From Bacteroidales bacterium (lineage in GTDB: Bacteria > Bacteroidota > Bacteroidia > Bacteroidales > ML635J-15), in NCBI GenBank assembly GCA_016937855.1, contig JAFGVU010000003.1, forward strand, positions 50,541-114,540: DNA of 64,000 nt, read 5' to 3'. Numbering within the stretch: position 1 is the first letter of the stretch; each line of letters starts with the position of its first letter. The notes beneath the pieces are model-generated. The model had not been told where the DNA came from. It made no database searches and saw only the letters and a program-made list of their open reading frames with translations. The translations under genes and the position numbers were made by a program. Shown piece by piece: positions 20,799 through 30,854 of the stretch.

Positions 20799-22199
20799 AT
20801 GCAAAAATCTAAAAAGAGGTACATATTATTTGGTTTTGTCGGGGTTATTATCCTTGCTGGTGCATATTGGGGGCTAAACTTTCTTAAAGGAACGTCGCTT
20901 TTTAAGAAAACAAACTATTACTATGTTTATTACGATAGGATAGAAGGCTTAAATGAATCGAGTCCGGTTACTGTTAATGGTTATAAAATTGGACAGGTCG
21001 CAAAAATAACTTTCTTACCCGAGCAAAATTGTCAGCTACTTATTACATTGGAAATAACCAACGAATTCCTATTGCCCGACTCAACAATTGCGCGTATTTA
21101 CAGCATGGATTTAATGGGGTCGAAAGGTGTGGAGCTTGTCTTTGGTCGTAATAATAGATACCATCAGCCAAATGATACTTTAATTGGAGAAGTTGAACAA
21201 AGTCTTAAAGATCAGGTAAGTATTCAGATGCTGCCAATAAAAAATCAGGCTGAGGACTTGATGAAGGAAATCGAAAAAGCAATTGCTGTAATTTCATACA
21301 TATTTAATGAAGAAACCAGAGATAATCTCGAAAAAAGTTTTGCAAGCATAAAAACTACAATGGCATACATCGAAAATTCTGCCTATAGCTTAGATACTAT
21401 GTTGGTTAAAGAGTCCGGGAAAATCTCACGAATACTGTCTAATGTTGAGTTTATCAGTCTGAATCTACGCAATAATCACGAAGAGATAACCAATATCTTA
21501 AACAACTTATCAACTTTTAGTGATACTCTAGTTGCATTAAATGTTTCTCAAACAGTGCTACAAGCGAATAAAGCTTTGGCAGACTTTAATGCAATTATGG
21601 AAAAGGTCAATAATGGCGAAGGTTCACTTGGACAATTGCTAAATGATGACAAACTTGCAAATCAGTTAGAAAATGCTGCTGAAAATCTCGATAAACTACT
21701 AAAAGATTTGAGGCTTAATCCCAAAAAGTATGTGCATTTTAGTTTGATGAATATTGGTCGTACTGTTAATGTGAGCGATGAGTCTGAGTTAAGTAACAGA
21801 GATAAAAAAGTACTTGAAAAACAACAGAAGAAAGATGAGCGTACTTATGAGCGTAATCTGAAGAAAGAACAGAAAAATGAATCGAATCAGGATGACGATA
21901 ATACTGATGATGGAGATGTTTCCTATACTGAGATAGAATTTATGATACAGATAAAAGCTGCCTCTTCTAAAATTGAGCCAGGATCAGAAGAGCTTAATGG
22001 ATATACAGATGTTGTAGAATTGAAATTAGGAAATCGCTACAAATATTATATTTATCCACATGCTGATGCTAATCAGACTTCATACTATCTTAATTTGGCT
22101 CGTGAGGATTTTCCCGACGCATTTCCTGTTGCATTGGCCGATAAAAATCTGATTACATACTCAAAAGGAGTTAGTTTGCTTGCATCAGGTTCCAATTAA
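20799..22199 (+). CDS. MlaD/MCE-family protein with a coiled-coil/charged linker and a C-terminal SPOR-like domain
   Basis: N-terminal TM helix, MlaD core (SPVTVNGYKIGQVAKITF), long helical region, K/E/D-rich linker, then IEFMIQIKAASSK...YKYYIYPHADANQTSYYLNLAREDFPDAFPVAL. Confidence 0.75.
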   Translation: MQKSKKRYILFGFVGVIILAGAYWGLNFLKGTSLFKKTNYYYVYYDRIEGLNESSPVTVNGYKIGQVAKITFLPEQNCQLLITLEITNEFLLPDSTIARIYSMDLMGSKGVELVFGRNNRYHQPNDTLIGEVEQSLKDQVSIQMLPIKNQAEDLMKEIEKAIAVISYIFNEETRDNLEKSFASIKTTMAYIENSAYSLDTMLVKESGKISRILSNVEFISLNLRNNHEEITNILNNLSTFSDTLVALNVSQTVLQANKALADFNAIMEKVNNGEGSLGQLLNDDKLANQLENAAENLDKLLKDLRLNPKKYVHFSLMNIGRTVNVSDESELSNRDKKVLEKQQKKDERTYERNLKKEQKNESNQDDDNTDDGDVSYTEIEFMIQIKAASSKIEPGSEELNGYTDVVELKLGNRYKYYIYPHADANQTSYYLNLAREDFPDAFPVALADKNLITYSKGVSLLASGSN

Positions 22200-22336
22200 A
22201 TTACACCAATTTCCTATTCTCTTTGACTCGGAATTGTTGGAACCAACAAAATCGTCAATTATTGTAACTTTTTAATACTTAATCTGTTAATCTTTTTGAA
22301 AAAAATCGTATTATTGTAAAACTTAAACATTACAAG

Positions 22337-25300
22337 ATGAAAAAGATTGTTTTATTATTCGTTTTTTCGGTACTTTCGGCATTATTGCTAAATGCTCAGT
22401 ATTTGCGTGGTGATTTTAATGCTTGGAGTAGCGATGATTTAATGCAACAGTATTATAGCCATTATGGAGTTACGATTGAGGTAGCCTCCGAAATTGTTGA
22501 TGCGGGATTTAAGGTTGATCAGGATGGTGATTGGGTTTTGCAATGGGGATATGCAACAGACTCATATAATCCAATTGTTAATACATCCGAAGGTCAAATG
22601 AGAGGAAGTAATTCTGGTGATACCCCGGGCAACTTTACCAAAACTTTTTCTGCAGGGAAATTTTACACTTTTCGTATAGAAGGTGAAGATACTTGGTGGA
22701 ATAGACGTTTTGTAATTATGGAAACAGATGCCGCACCTGTCGAACTAGTTTCAGTTAGTGATAATAGTGTTGTGCAAAATGAAAATGAAGTTACTGTTAC
22801 GGTAACTACATCAGCTGAGTTATCTGCTCAAGAAACTGTTTATATAAGATACACAACTGATAATTGGGTAACTAATAATTTAGTCGCTTGTTCAGGAAGT
22901 GAGACCACATACACCGGTATTATTCCTGCTCAAGTTGCTCCAACTACTGTCGAGTATTATGTGTTGTCTTCTGCAATGGTGTTAAGTTTTGTTACTGATA
23001 ATCCCGATTTTGCTACTCTAAATGGAAACAATAATTCGGGTACAAATTACTCATATACAGTTACTTCAGCTAGTCCGTATGTAGTAGCCGGTGTTGCCGA
23101 AGATCTTGTTGAGAATAATCTAGATAATGCAGAAATTGACATCGAATTGTTTAATGAAACTTTGGATGACAATATGATTGACCCTTCCAATATAATTTTA
23201 AATAATGCACCTATAGGTTTGAGTGTTTTAAGTGCTAACTATGTTGATGATAATAATTTTACCTTAGTTCTCGATTTTGATGGAACAGATTTCGTAAGTG
23301 ATATTGCAGATTTTTCGATTACAATTTTAGCTGATGAACTTTCCGGTAGTGATCCATTAACTTCAAATAATCTTATAGTATATGCATTTGTGCAAACAGA
23401 GGACTTTTATCTTGCCGAAATTGGTTTTTGGGAAGGTGGCGCCGAGGATATCTTTTATAACGATGAAGACTTTGATGCTTATGATTTTGGTACATTAAAT
23501 GCCAGCTCTAGCTTGTATTTAAAATTCGGCAAAGCAAATGTATGGAAGATTACCGGAGGAGACATAACTTCGGCAAAAATGTACTACCGTTATTATATGG
23601 ATGGCGACACTCCCGGTGCATTTTCTGAGCAAATTCTCGAGTGGGAAAGTGAAACGGTATCCAACGATACTACATATCAGGTTTGGTGGAACGATACCCC
23701 TGACGAAATTGATTTGAATTTGCTTGAGTTAGTTGCTTCTGGTACATATTATATCGAAGTTTACTTTGAGGTCGAAAATGGAGAGTCTGAAATTATTACA
23801 AGAAATAATGAAGGCTCAAATTATATTGCACAGTTTACTTACGAAGAGGTTGCTTCGTTTACTGCTACACCGTCTGATGTTTTAAATTCGTCAAGTTTAG
23901 ACGCAATGAGTATTAGTCTTAGTCTGGACAATGAAACTTTTGTTGATGATGTTTTGGATGAATCTAATTTTACACTTCAAAATACTCCAACAGGATTGAG
24001 TGTTTTATCTGTTGCTTATAATTCAACTACCGAAGCAACTCTAACGCTCGAGTATTCAGGTGGAAATATTTTAACTCAAATTGATAATTTTACCATAACA
24101 ATTGACGCAGCCGAAATTACAGGTGTTGATAACCTTACCTCAAATAATATGATAATTTTTGCGGATGTTATTCACGAAGATATTTATATGTGTAAGGTTT
24201 CAATGTGGGAAGGTTCAGGCAGCGATACCTGGTACGACGAAGTCGATTTTGACGGACATGATTTCGGAAGTTTTAACTCATCCATGTCTTTATATTTTAA
24301 AACAGGACAAGTATTTACTTGGCAGGACTCCGAAGGAGATATTGTTTCTGCAGCGATGAACTATCGTATTTACAAAGATGGTGAAACTCCCGGTACTTTT
24401 GTTAATGTTGACTTGCCATATTATTCAGAGTGGGTATCTGGTACTAATCTGGACAAGCTGTGGTGGAACGATTCTCCGGATGAAATAGACATTAATTTAC
24501 TCGAAGGAATCGAAGAAGGGACATATCATTTTGAAGTTTATTACGAAGCTGAAACAGGTGACGCAATTACTCTTTATAGTAATAATAATGGCGATAATTA
24601 TATTGCAACATTTACCTTTACAAGTAATCCAATTTTAGTTGCGACGCCTGCTGAATCGATGCACGAGGAGAACCTTGATGGTATGGAAATAACACTTTCG
24701 GTAACCGAAGATTTTTTCGCTGATGCTATGCTCGATCAGGCAAACTTTACTTTGAATAACGCACCTTTAGGTTTAACTATTGATGAAGTTATTTATGTCG
24801 GACCTGTGGAAGCAACTGTTGTTTTAGCATTTGACGGAACTAATTTTGATGTTGATATATCTGATTTTAGTATTAGTGTTGCGGCTTCGGAGTTTGATGC
24901 CGGTATTGCACTCACAAGCAACAATATGACAATTACTGCCATTGACGAATCTGTGACAATATTTACACACTTATTAACAACAACTAGTTATAATAGATAT
25001 TTAGGAGATGATCCATCTTTCTGGATTAATATGGAAATTGGTCAACCGGAATGGGATGGAGCTCAAATTGGTTTTGGTGAAGTTGTAGATGATCCAACAG
25101 ATTGGCAATGGTTTAATGCCGAGTGGTACGAAGACGGTGAAGATCAAAACAAAAGAGTTCACTCACTGATTACAGTCGAAAACGAAGTTGGTACTGTTTA
25201 CTATGCCGGTAGGGTACGCAATACTGCAGGCGGAACATGGTATTATGCAAATAATTCGGATTGGTCAGAATCAAGTGCTTTAAATGCAGAATATACAATA

Positions 25301-26938
25301 GAGACAATGGCTTTACCTCCTGTTCAAACAATCTCAGCAAATGAACTTGACGGAACCAGAATCAATTTAGAGTGGACACCGGAAACGCCTTTTAATAATG
25401 TTATGATAATAGCAAAATCAGAAGATGCAATTGTCCAAGAGCCAGCTCAGGGAGCAACTTATTCTGTTGGAGAAGTAATTGATGGGGCTCAGATTATTTA
25501 TAAAGGTAATGCAGGAAGTTTCATTCATACAGGGTTGCAAAATAATACAATCTACAACTATAAAATTTACACAATTAATAATAATTATTACTCTGCTGCT
25601 ATTGATGCTAATGCTACAACAAATGATCAGCAAGGATGTACTTTTACGATTGATTTAGGTGAGGATGTAAACGTTTGTGGTGGTAGTTCAATTTTGATAA
25701 ATTCTGATTTGGTATTAGCACCTTTTGGCGATAGCCTCACAATTTATTTCGACGCAAGCGGATTTGTAGATTTTGTTGGATTAGATAAGGTTTATATGCA
25801 TGCCGGAGTTAGTCTTCAAGGCGGCACACCATGGGATTATGTCGTTGGTAATTGGGGCGAAGATGATGGCCTTGGACTAATGAGTGAAATTTCGGAAGAC
25901 TTATGGTCGTTTAAAATAAATCCGGTTAACTATTTTGGATTTAATGCTGATGCCGATTTATTAGGAATAAATCTTGTTTTTAGAAACTCTGATGGATCTG
26001 CAATTGCTCAACATCCAATTTCTGGCGAGGATTTTTATATCGATATGACGATAAATCCGCCATTTGCAGGTAATTATCCTGTAAGTGTAGATTATATTGA
26101 GAGCCCGATAACTAGCATTTTATGGAGCAATGGAGCCGAAACAAGTTCAATAAGCGTTAGTACTGCAAACGAATATTCAATAATTGCTGCTGATAGATTT
26201 GGTTGTGTAGGAATGGATACTATAAATGTAGAGCTTCATTCAATTCCTTATGTTGAGCTTGGAGAGGATCAAACAGTTTGCATCGACAATGAGATTGTTC
26301 TCGATGCAGGAGAGTTTGAGTCTTATCTGTGGAGTGATGATAGTGAGCAACAAAACCTTACTGTCGCAGAGTCGGGTATGTACGGTGTAACTGTAACTGA
26401 TATAAACGGTTGTACAGGTTTTGATATAGTTAACATAAATCTGGTTGATTATCCTATTGCAGAGTTTTCTTATGAATTTTTAAATGATATGGAGGTTTAT
26501 TTTAGCGACTCTTCTGAAAACGCAGTAAGCTACTCTTGGGATTTTAATGGTGATAATAATGAAGATAGCAATGTCGCAGGGGATGTTAGTTATATTTATC
26601 AAAATATTGGGCAATTTGCAGCTTCGTTAACTGTTACAAATCAATGTTCGAGCGATAATTATTCACAGATTATTTATGTTTTATCAATTGATGATGCAGA
26701 TTTTAATAATCTGTCGGTTTATCCAAATCCGGTTAGTGAAATATTAAATGTCGAAGTGTCGGAATGGCAAAACTCTGTCATAAAGCTGTTTACTATTGAT
26801 GGCAAAATGGTTTTTGAGGACATTATTAATGACTCAAATATTCATCAGTTTGATGTTAGTAATGTTTCTCCTGGATTATATAATCTTACAATCGAATCCG
26901 AAAACAATTATAAAACAATTAAATTAATTATAAAATAA
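22337..26938 (+). CDS. 1533-aa multidomain T9SS-secreted surface protein, putative alpha-glucan-binding
   Basis: Signal peptide, then an N-terminal GDFNAW-containing module. Next come 2.4 copies of an about 259-aa repeat, an FN3-like domain, and a module shared with the two downstream proteins. These are followed by Cys-containing repeats, a PKD-like domain (VSYSWDFNGDNNEDS...LTVTNQ), and a Por/T9SS type-A C-terminal domain (LSVYPNPVSEILNVEV...GLYNLTIE...IKLIIK). Confidence 0.7.
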   Translation: MKKIVLLFVFSVLSALLLNAQYLRGDFNAWSSDDLMQQYYSHYGVTIEVASEIVDAGFKVDQDGDWVLQWGYATDSYNPIVNTSEGQMRGSNSGDTPGNFTKTFSAGKFYTFRIEGEDTWWNRRFVIMETDAAPVELVSVSDNSVVQNENEVTVTVTTSAELSAQETVYIRYTTDNWVTNNLVACSGSETTYTGIIPAQVAPTTVEYYVLSSAMVLSFVTDNPDFATLNGNNNSGTNYSYTVTSASPYVVAGVAEDLVENNLDNAEIDIELFNETLDDNMIDPSNIILNNAPIGLSVLSANYVDDNNFTLVLDFDGTDFVSDIADFSITILADELSGSDPLTSNNLIVYAFVQTEDFYLAEIGFWEGGAEDIFYNDEDFDAYDFGTLNASSSLYLKFGKANVWKITGGDITSAKMYYRYYMDGDTPGAFSEQILEWESETVSNDTTYQVWWNDTPDEIDLNLLELVASGTYYIEVYFEVENGESEIITRNNEGSNYIAQFTYEEVASFTATPSDVLNSSSLDAMSISLSLDNETFVDDVLDESNFTLQNTPTGLSVLSVAYNSTTEATLTLEYSGGNILTQIDNFTITIDAAEITGVDNLTSNNMIIFADVIHEDIYMCKVSMWEGSGSDTWYDEVDFDGHDFGSFNSSMSLYFKTGQVFTWQDSEGDIVSAAMNYRIYKDGETPGTFVNVDLPYYSEWVSGTNLDKLWWNDSPDEIDINLLEGIEEGTYHFEVYYEAETGDAITLYSNNNGDNYIATFTFTSNPILVATPAESMHEENLDGMEITLSVTEDFFADAMLDQANFTLNNAPLGLTIDEVIYVGPVEATVVLAFDGTNFDVDISDFSISVAASEFDAGIALTSNNMTITAIDESVTIFTHLLTTTSYNRYLGDDPSFWINMEIGQPEWDGAQIGFGEVVDDPTDWQWFNAEWYEDGEDQNKRVHSLITVENEVGTVYYAGRVRNTAGGTWYYANNSDWSESSALNAEYTIETMALPPVQTISANELDGTRINLEWTPETPFNNVMIIAKSEDAIVQEPAQGATYSVGEVIDGAQIIYKGNAGSFIHTGLQNNTIYNYKIYTINNNYYSAAIDANATTNDQQGCTFTIDLGEDVNVCGGSSILINSDLVLAPFGDSLTIYFDASGFVDFVGLDKVYMHAGVSLQGGTPWDYVVGNWGEDDGLGLMSEISEDLWSFKINPVNYFGFNADADLLGINLVFRNSDGSAIAQHPISGEDFYIDMTINPPFAGNYPVSVDYIESPITSILWSNGAETSSISVSTANEYSIIAADRFGCVGMDTINVELHSIPYVELGEDQTVCIDNEIVLDAGEFESYLWSDDSEQQNLTVAESGMYGVTVTDINGCTGFDIVNINLVDYPIAEFSYEFLNDMEVYFSDSSENAVSYSWDFNGDNNEDSNVAGDVSYIYQNIGQFAASLTVTNQCSSDNYSQIIYVLSIDDADFNNLSVYPNPVSEILNVEVSEWQNSVIKLFTIDGKMVFEDIINDSNIHQFDVSNVSPGLYNLTIESENNYKTIKLIIK
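23075..24946 (+). repeat. In-frame about 777-bp coding repeats (2.4 copies) inside the 1533-aa gene
   Basis: Copies at aa 247-505 and 506-763, plus a partial copy at 764-870. They share ...L.NAP.GLSVLS..Y......L.L.F.G..F...I..F.I.I.A.E......LTSNN.I..A followed by ...WEG...D.WY...DFD..DFG..N.S.SLY.K.G....W....GDI.SA.M.YR.Y.DG.TPG.F...WWND.PDEID.NLLE....GTY..EVY.E.E.G. Confidence 0.8.
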
Positions 26939-26944
26939 ATCATT

Positions 26945-27889
26945 ATGAAAAAGACATTATTGGTAGTTTTATCACTTGCAGTTAGTACTCTAGTATTCTC
27001 TCAAACCCCTTGGACAGGACGTACATATTGTAAAATAACATTAGATACAAAACTTATGGAAAATCCATCATGTAGTTTAGGTGGCGGTGGCGGTATTCCG
27101 GCTACATGGGAAAAAGTTTATGCTCACTTGGGATTATGTACCTGTAATATTAACGAGGATCTCAGAGATTGTTCTAGTGAAACGGAAAATGAAATATTCT
27201 GTTATTCTCAAATAACTCCATTCCAATCCTTGGTTTGGCAACATGTTGTTGGAAACTGGGGCGATATCGCCGAAGATGATGGTGTTGGCCTTATGACTAA
27301 TCTTGGGAATGGTGTTTATAGTATCGAATTTATTGTCGAAGATTATTTTAGTAGTGCCGATGTTAGTACAGAATTAGGAGAAACAAGTGCTGTTCCTTCA
27401 ATGCCTTGGAACGTAAATCAGGGAGGGCAACCTTATACAATGGGAATGGTGTTTCGCAATGTTGATGGAACTTCATCTGGAAGAGATGCTTTATGTAAAG
27501 ATTTATTTCTTGTGGATATATTAGGAACTCCAACTGTAATTCAAGGTTCAGACCCCGAAGGGCAAACATTTCCTGCTATGCAAACAGATATACACGATGC
27601 AAGTATTGATGAGATTATGACTTTAAGTGATAATACAATGGTTTTTCCAAATCCGGCAAACGAAGAATTTAACCTTAGTTTTAAGTTGGTAAAGAATAAT
27701 ACAGATTTACAAATTAGAATATTTGATATGCAAGGAAAACTTGTATTAGAAGAATCATATTTGTCAACTCCAATTGGCTGGTATAATCATAAAATTAGCA
27801 CTGATGGTTTAAATGAAGGAATATATATGGTTCAGGTGTCCCTTGATAAATGGGTTGCACATACTGAGCGTGTTCAGATAATAAAGTAA
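26945..27889 (+). CDS. 314-aa T9SS-secreted protein consisting of the shared module plus a Por C-terminal domain
   Basis: Signal peptide MKKTLLVVLSLAVSTLVFSQ. Module motifs KVYAHLGL...WQHVVGNWGDIAEDDGVGLMTNLGNGVYSIEF...MGMVFRNVDGTSSG. CTD MVFPNPANEEFNLSF...GIYMVQVSL. Confidence 0.7.
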   Translation: MKKTLLVVLSLAVSTLVFSQTPWTGRTYCKITLDTKLMENPSCSLGGGGGIPATWEKVYAHLGLCTCNINEDLRDCSSETENEIFCYSQITPFQSLVWQHVVGNWGDIAEDDGVGLMTNLGNGVYSIEFIVEDYFSSADVSTELGETSAVPSMPWNVNQGGQPYTMGMVFRNVDGTSSGRDALCKDLFLVDILGTPTVIQGSDPEGQTFPAMQTDIHDASIDEIMTLSDNTMVFPNPANEEFNLSFKLVKNNTDLQIRIFDMQGKLVLEESYLSTPIGWYNHKISTDGLNEGIYMVQVSLDKWVAHTERVQIIK

Positions 27890-27907
27890 TTCACTAAAAT
27901 TAAAACT

Positions 27908-30835
27908 ATGCTGAAAAATAAATATTTAATAATATTATTTGCCTTTTTGTCGCTTTCGCAGCTTACAAAATCCCAAGTAATCTACTGGGAGCCATTGTAT
28001 CCTACAATTTATGATACAATAACACTTTATTACGACGCAACTCAGGGAAATGCTGCTCTTGCCGGATTAAATGATACTGTGTATGCTCATACAGGGGTTT
28101 TGTCTAACCTTAGTATTAATCAAAACGACTGGGAACACAAAATTGCAGCATGGGGCGAAGGCGACTCCATCCTTGCTATGCAAAATCTTGGCAGCGATTT
28201 GCATAAGTTTAGGTTTTACCCTAAGAGTTTTTATAATATTCATCAAAGTGAGACAATAACCAATTTATGTTTTGTGTTTCGTGATAAAGACGGAGATATT
28301 GCAGGTAAAAATGCCGATGGTAGTGATATCTATTTGCCATTATGGACAAATAATATGTATGCTCGTTTTACTTCGCCTGTAACATTTCCGCTAACACCGA
28401 CATCTGGCGAAAATTTCGATATTACTGTTACCGCAAAAGCTCAGGGAATGATTAATATCTTTCACGATGGTGTACTAATTGCTCAGGATTTTGATTCTGT
28501 TTTTACAACCTCGATTGTTGCGGGATCAGAAGGAAAACACTGGGTTAAATTTCAGTATCAATCAGGAACCAATTCACAAGTTGACAGTATCTTTTATATA
28601 GTACAAGAACCTGTTTCAGTTGAGTCATTGCCTAATGGTATTGTTGATGGAATTAATATCATCGATGAGAGTACAGTTGTATTTTGCTTAAATGCTCCAT
28701 GGAAAAACAGAGTTTATGTGATTGGAGATTTTAACGATTGGCAAATTGAGCCCGAATTTCAGTTTAAGAGAACTCCCGACGGAGAAAGATGGTGGTGTAG
28801 AGTCGAAGGTCTTGATGGTGATTTAGAATACAGATTTCAATATTTAGTTGATTTTGATATAAATATTGCCGATCCGTACAGTAAAAAACTTCTTGATCCT
28901 TTTAATGATACTGAAATTCATCAGGTTATTTATCCCGATTTAATTGATTATCCAACAGGTAAAGCAAGCGAAATGGTTGGCGTTTTTCAAACTAATCCTG
29001 ATGAATATGTTTGGCAAGTTAATGATTTCGAAAAGCCTGATAATCGCGATCTTGTTATTTATGAATTGTTAGTCCGAGACTGGCATATATGGCACTCATA
29101 TCAAACAGTTTTAGATTCTATTGATTATCTAGTAGGGCTTGGGATAAATGCTATCGAACTAATGCCAATTAATGAGTATGATGGGAATGATAGCTGGGGA
29201 TATATGCCGGCTTTTTTCTTTGCTCCCGATAAATGTTATGGTACATCCGATATGCTTAAGCACTTTGTGGATGTTTGTCATGAAAATGGGATCGCAGTTA
29301 TTTTAGATATGGTGCTAAATCATGCAAGTGGGCAAAATCCTATGGCTCGGTTGTATTACAACAAGGAAAAACATCGTCCGACATGGCAAAATCCTTGGTT
29401 TAACGAACTAATTCCGCATCCATACGGATATCACAACGATTTCGATCACGAAAGTCAATATACAAAAGATTTTGTCGATTCTGTATTGTCATATTGGATT
29501 AGCGAATATAAGATTGATGGCTATCGCCTCGACCTATCGAAAGGTTTTACCAACACAGTTACTGTTGGATATGACGAAGAGGGAGATATTAATTGGACAG
29601 ATGTTGGTGCTTGGGGAAATTACGATGTTGTTCGTGTTGATAATATTAAGAGACTTGCTAATGAAGTTTGGGCAAAATATCCCGGGACATATATGATTTT
29701 AGAACATTTAGCCGGATTTAGCGAAGAAAAGGCACTTTCGGATCATGGTTTTATGCTATGGTGCGGAATGGCAGCAAACGAACAATTTGCTCAGGCTGCA
29801 ATGGGTTGGCCAGAGAACTCTGATTTTAAATACGGCATCTCTTATCAAAACTATCAGGGAAATAGCCTTGGTCAGCATAATCTTGTTGGTTATATGGAGT
29901 CGCACGACGAAGAGCGTTTGATGTACAAGTGCTACACTTATGGAAACATGAATGTAGAAGGGAGTGATACAACCTACAATACCAGAGAGAAGGAAACTGC
30001 TCTAGAAAGAATGGGACAGGTTGCAGCCTTCTTTTTCACAGTTCCAGGACCTAAAATGTTTTGGCAGTTTGGCGAAAGAGGCTATGATTATTCAATTAAC
30101 TGGCCTGCTGTTGATCAACCCGGTGCTACACGAACAGATAAAAAACCTCCAAGGTGGGACTATATGGCAGAAGGCGAAAGACAATATCTGTACAAGGTCT
30201 ATAAAGCTCTTATCGATTTGCGTACAAACCACAATATTTTCCGCACATCAAACTATGAGATGAGCACGGCGTCCTACGATAAACGTATCAGGCTTTGGGA
30301 CGACGGTTATGTAAATGGCGAGATGCAAGTCGTGGTGCTCGGAAACTTTAATGTCGTTAGTCAATCCGTTTGGCCCGAATTCTCACACACAGGTGAATGG
30401 TACGATTATTTCACCGGCGATACAATTGTTGTGGAATCTCACATGACCGAAAATCAGGGCTTTACTTTTGAGTATCAGCCGGGTGAATATCATATATATA
30501 CCGATGTTAGATTGGATATTCCTGATTTTACCTTGGATACAGCAACAAACGAGAATGCTGTTCCCGGGATTGTTGGTGATATATTTAATACAACTGCATA
30601 TCCAAATCCATTTACAGGCGATATCTCATTCGAATTCTCAATTAGTCAATCGCAAAAGGTGGAAGTTGAAATATTTAATGTAAAAGGTCAGATAATCGAA
30701 AAAATTGCTTATTCAGCCAAAAAAGGTCGTAATAAAGTAGAGTATTCATTCGATGATAATCAGCCTAAAGGATTTTATTTTTATAGAATTAAAACAAATC
30801 AGTCAGTTTTGGGTGGTAAGATTCTAAAACAGTAA
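27908..30835 (+). CDS. GH13 alpha-amylase-superfamily enzyme (amylase/pullulanase-like) with an N-terminal shared module, an E-set/CBM48-like domain and a T9SS C-terminal domain
   Basis: GH13 conserved regions GIAVILDMVLNHAS, IDGYRLDLSKGF, MILEHL and YMESHDEER. VYVIGDFNDWQIEP...WWCRVEG is CBM48/E-set-like. CTD AYPNPFTGDISFEFS...GFYFYRIK. Confidence 0.85.
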   Translation: MLKNKYLIILFAFLSLSQLTKSQVIYWEPLYPTIYDTITLYYDATQGNAALAGLNDTVYAHTGVLSNLSINQNDWEHKIAAWGEGDSILAMQNLGSDLHKFRFYPKSFYNIHQSETITNLCFVFRDKDGDIAGKNADGSDIYLPLWTNNMYARFTSPVTFPLTPTSGENFDITVTAKAQGMINIFHDGVLIAQDFDSVFTTSIVAGSEGKHWVKFQYQSGTNSQVDSIFYIVQEPVSVESLPNGIVDGINIIDESTVVFCLNAPWKNRVYVIGDFNDWQIEPEFQFKRTPDGERWWCRVEGLDGDLEYRFQYLVDFDINIADPYSKKLLDPFNDTEIHQVIYPDLIDYPTGKASEMVGVFQTNPDEYVWQVNDFEKPDNRDLVIYELLVRDWHIWHSYQTVLDSIDYLVGLGINAIELMPINEYDGNDSWGYMPAFFFAPDKCYGTSDMLKHFVDVCHENGIAVILDMVLNHASGQNPMARLYYNKEKHRPTWQNPWFNELIPHPYGYHNDFDHESQYTKDFVDSVLSYWISEYKIDGYRLDLSKGFTNTVTVGYDEEGDINWTDVGAWGNYDVVRVDNIKRLANEVWAKYPGTYMILEHLAGFSEEKALSDHGFMLWCGMAANEQFAQAAMGWPENSDFKYGISYQNYQGNSLGQHNLVGYMESHDEERLMYKCYTYGNMNVEGSDTTYNTREKETALERMGQVAAFFFTVPGPKMFWQFGERGYDYSINWPAVDQPGATRTDKKPPRWDYMAEGERQYLYKVYKALIDLRTNHNIFRTSNYEMSTASYDKRIRLWDDGYVNGEMQVVVLGNFNVVSQSVWPEFSHTGEWYDYFTGDTIVVESHMTENQGFTFEYQPGEYHIYTDVRLDIPDFTLDTATNENAVPGIVGDIFNTTAYPNPFTGDISFEFSISQSQKVEVEIFNVKGQIIEKIAYSAKKGRNKVEYSFDDNQPKGFYFYRIKTNQSVLGGKILKQ

Positions 30836-30854
30836 GTAAAAATTTAATAGTTTG

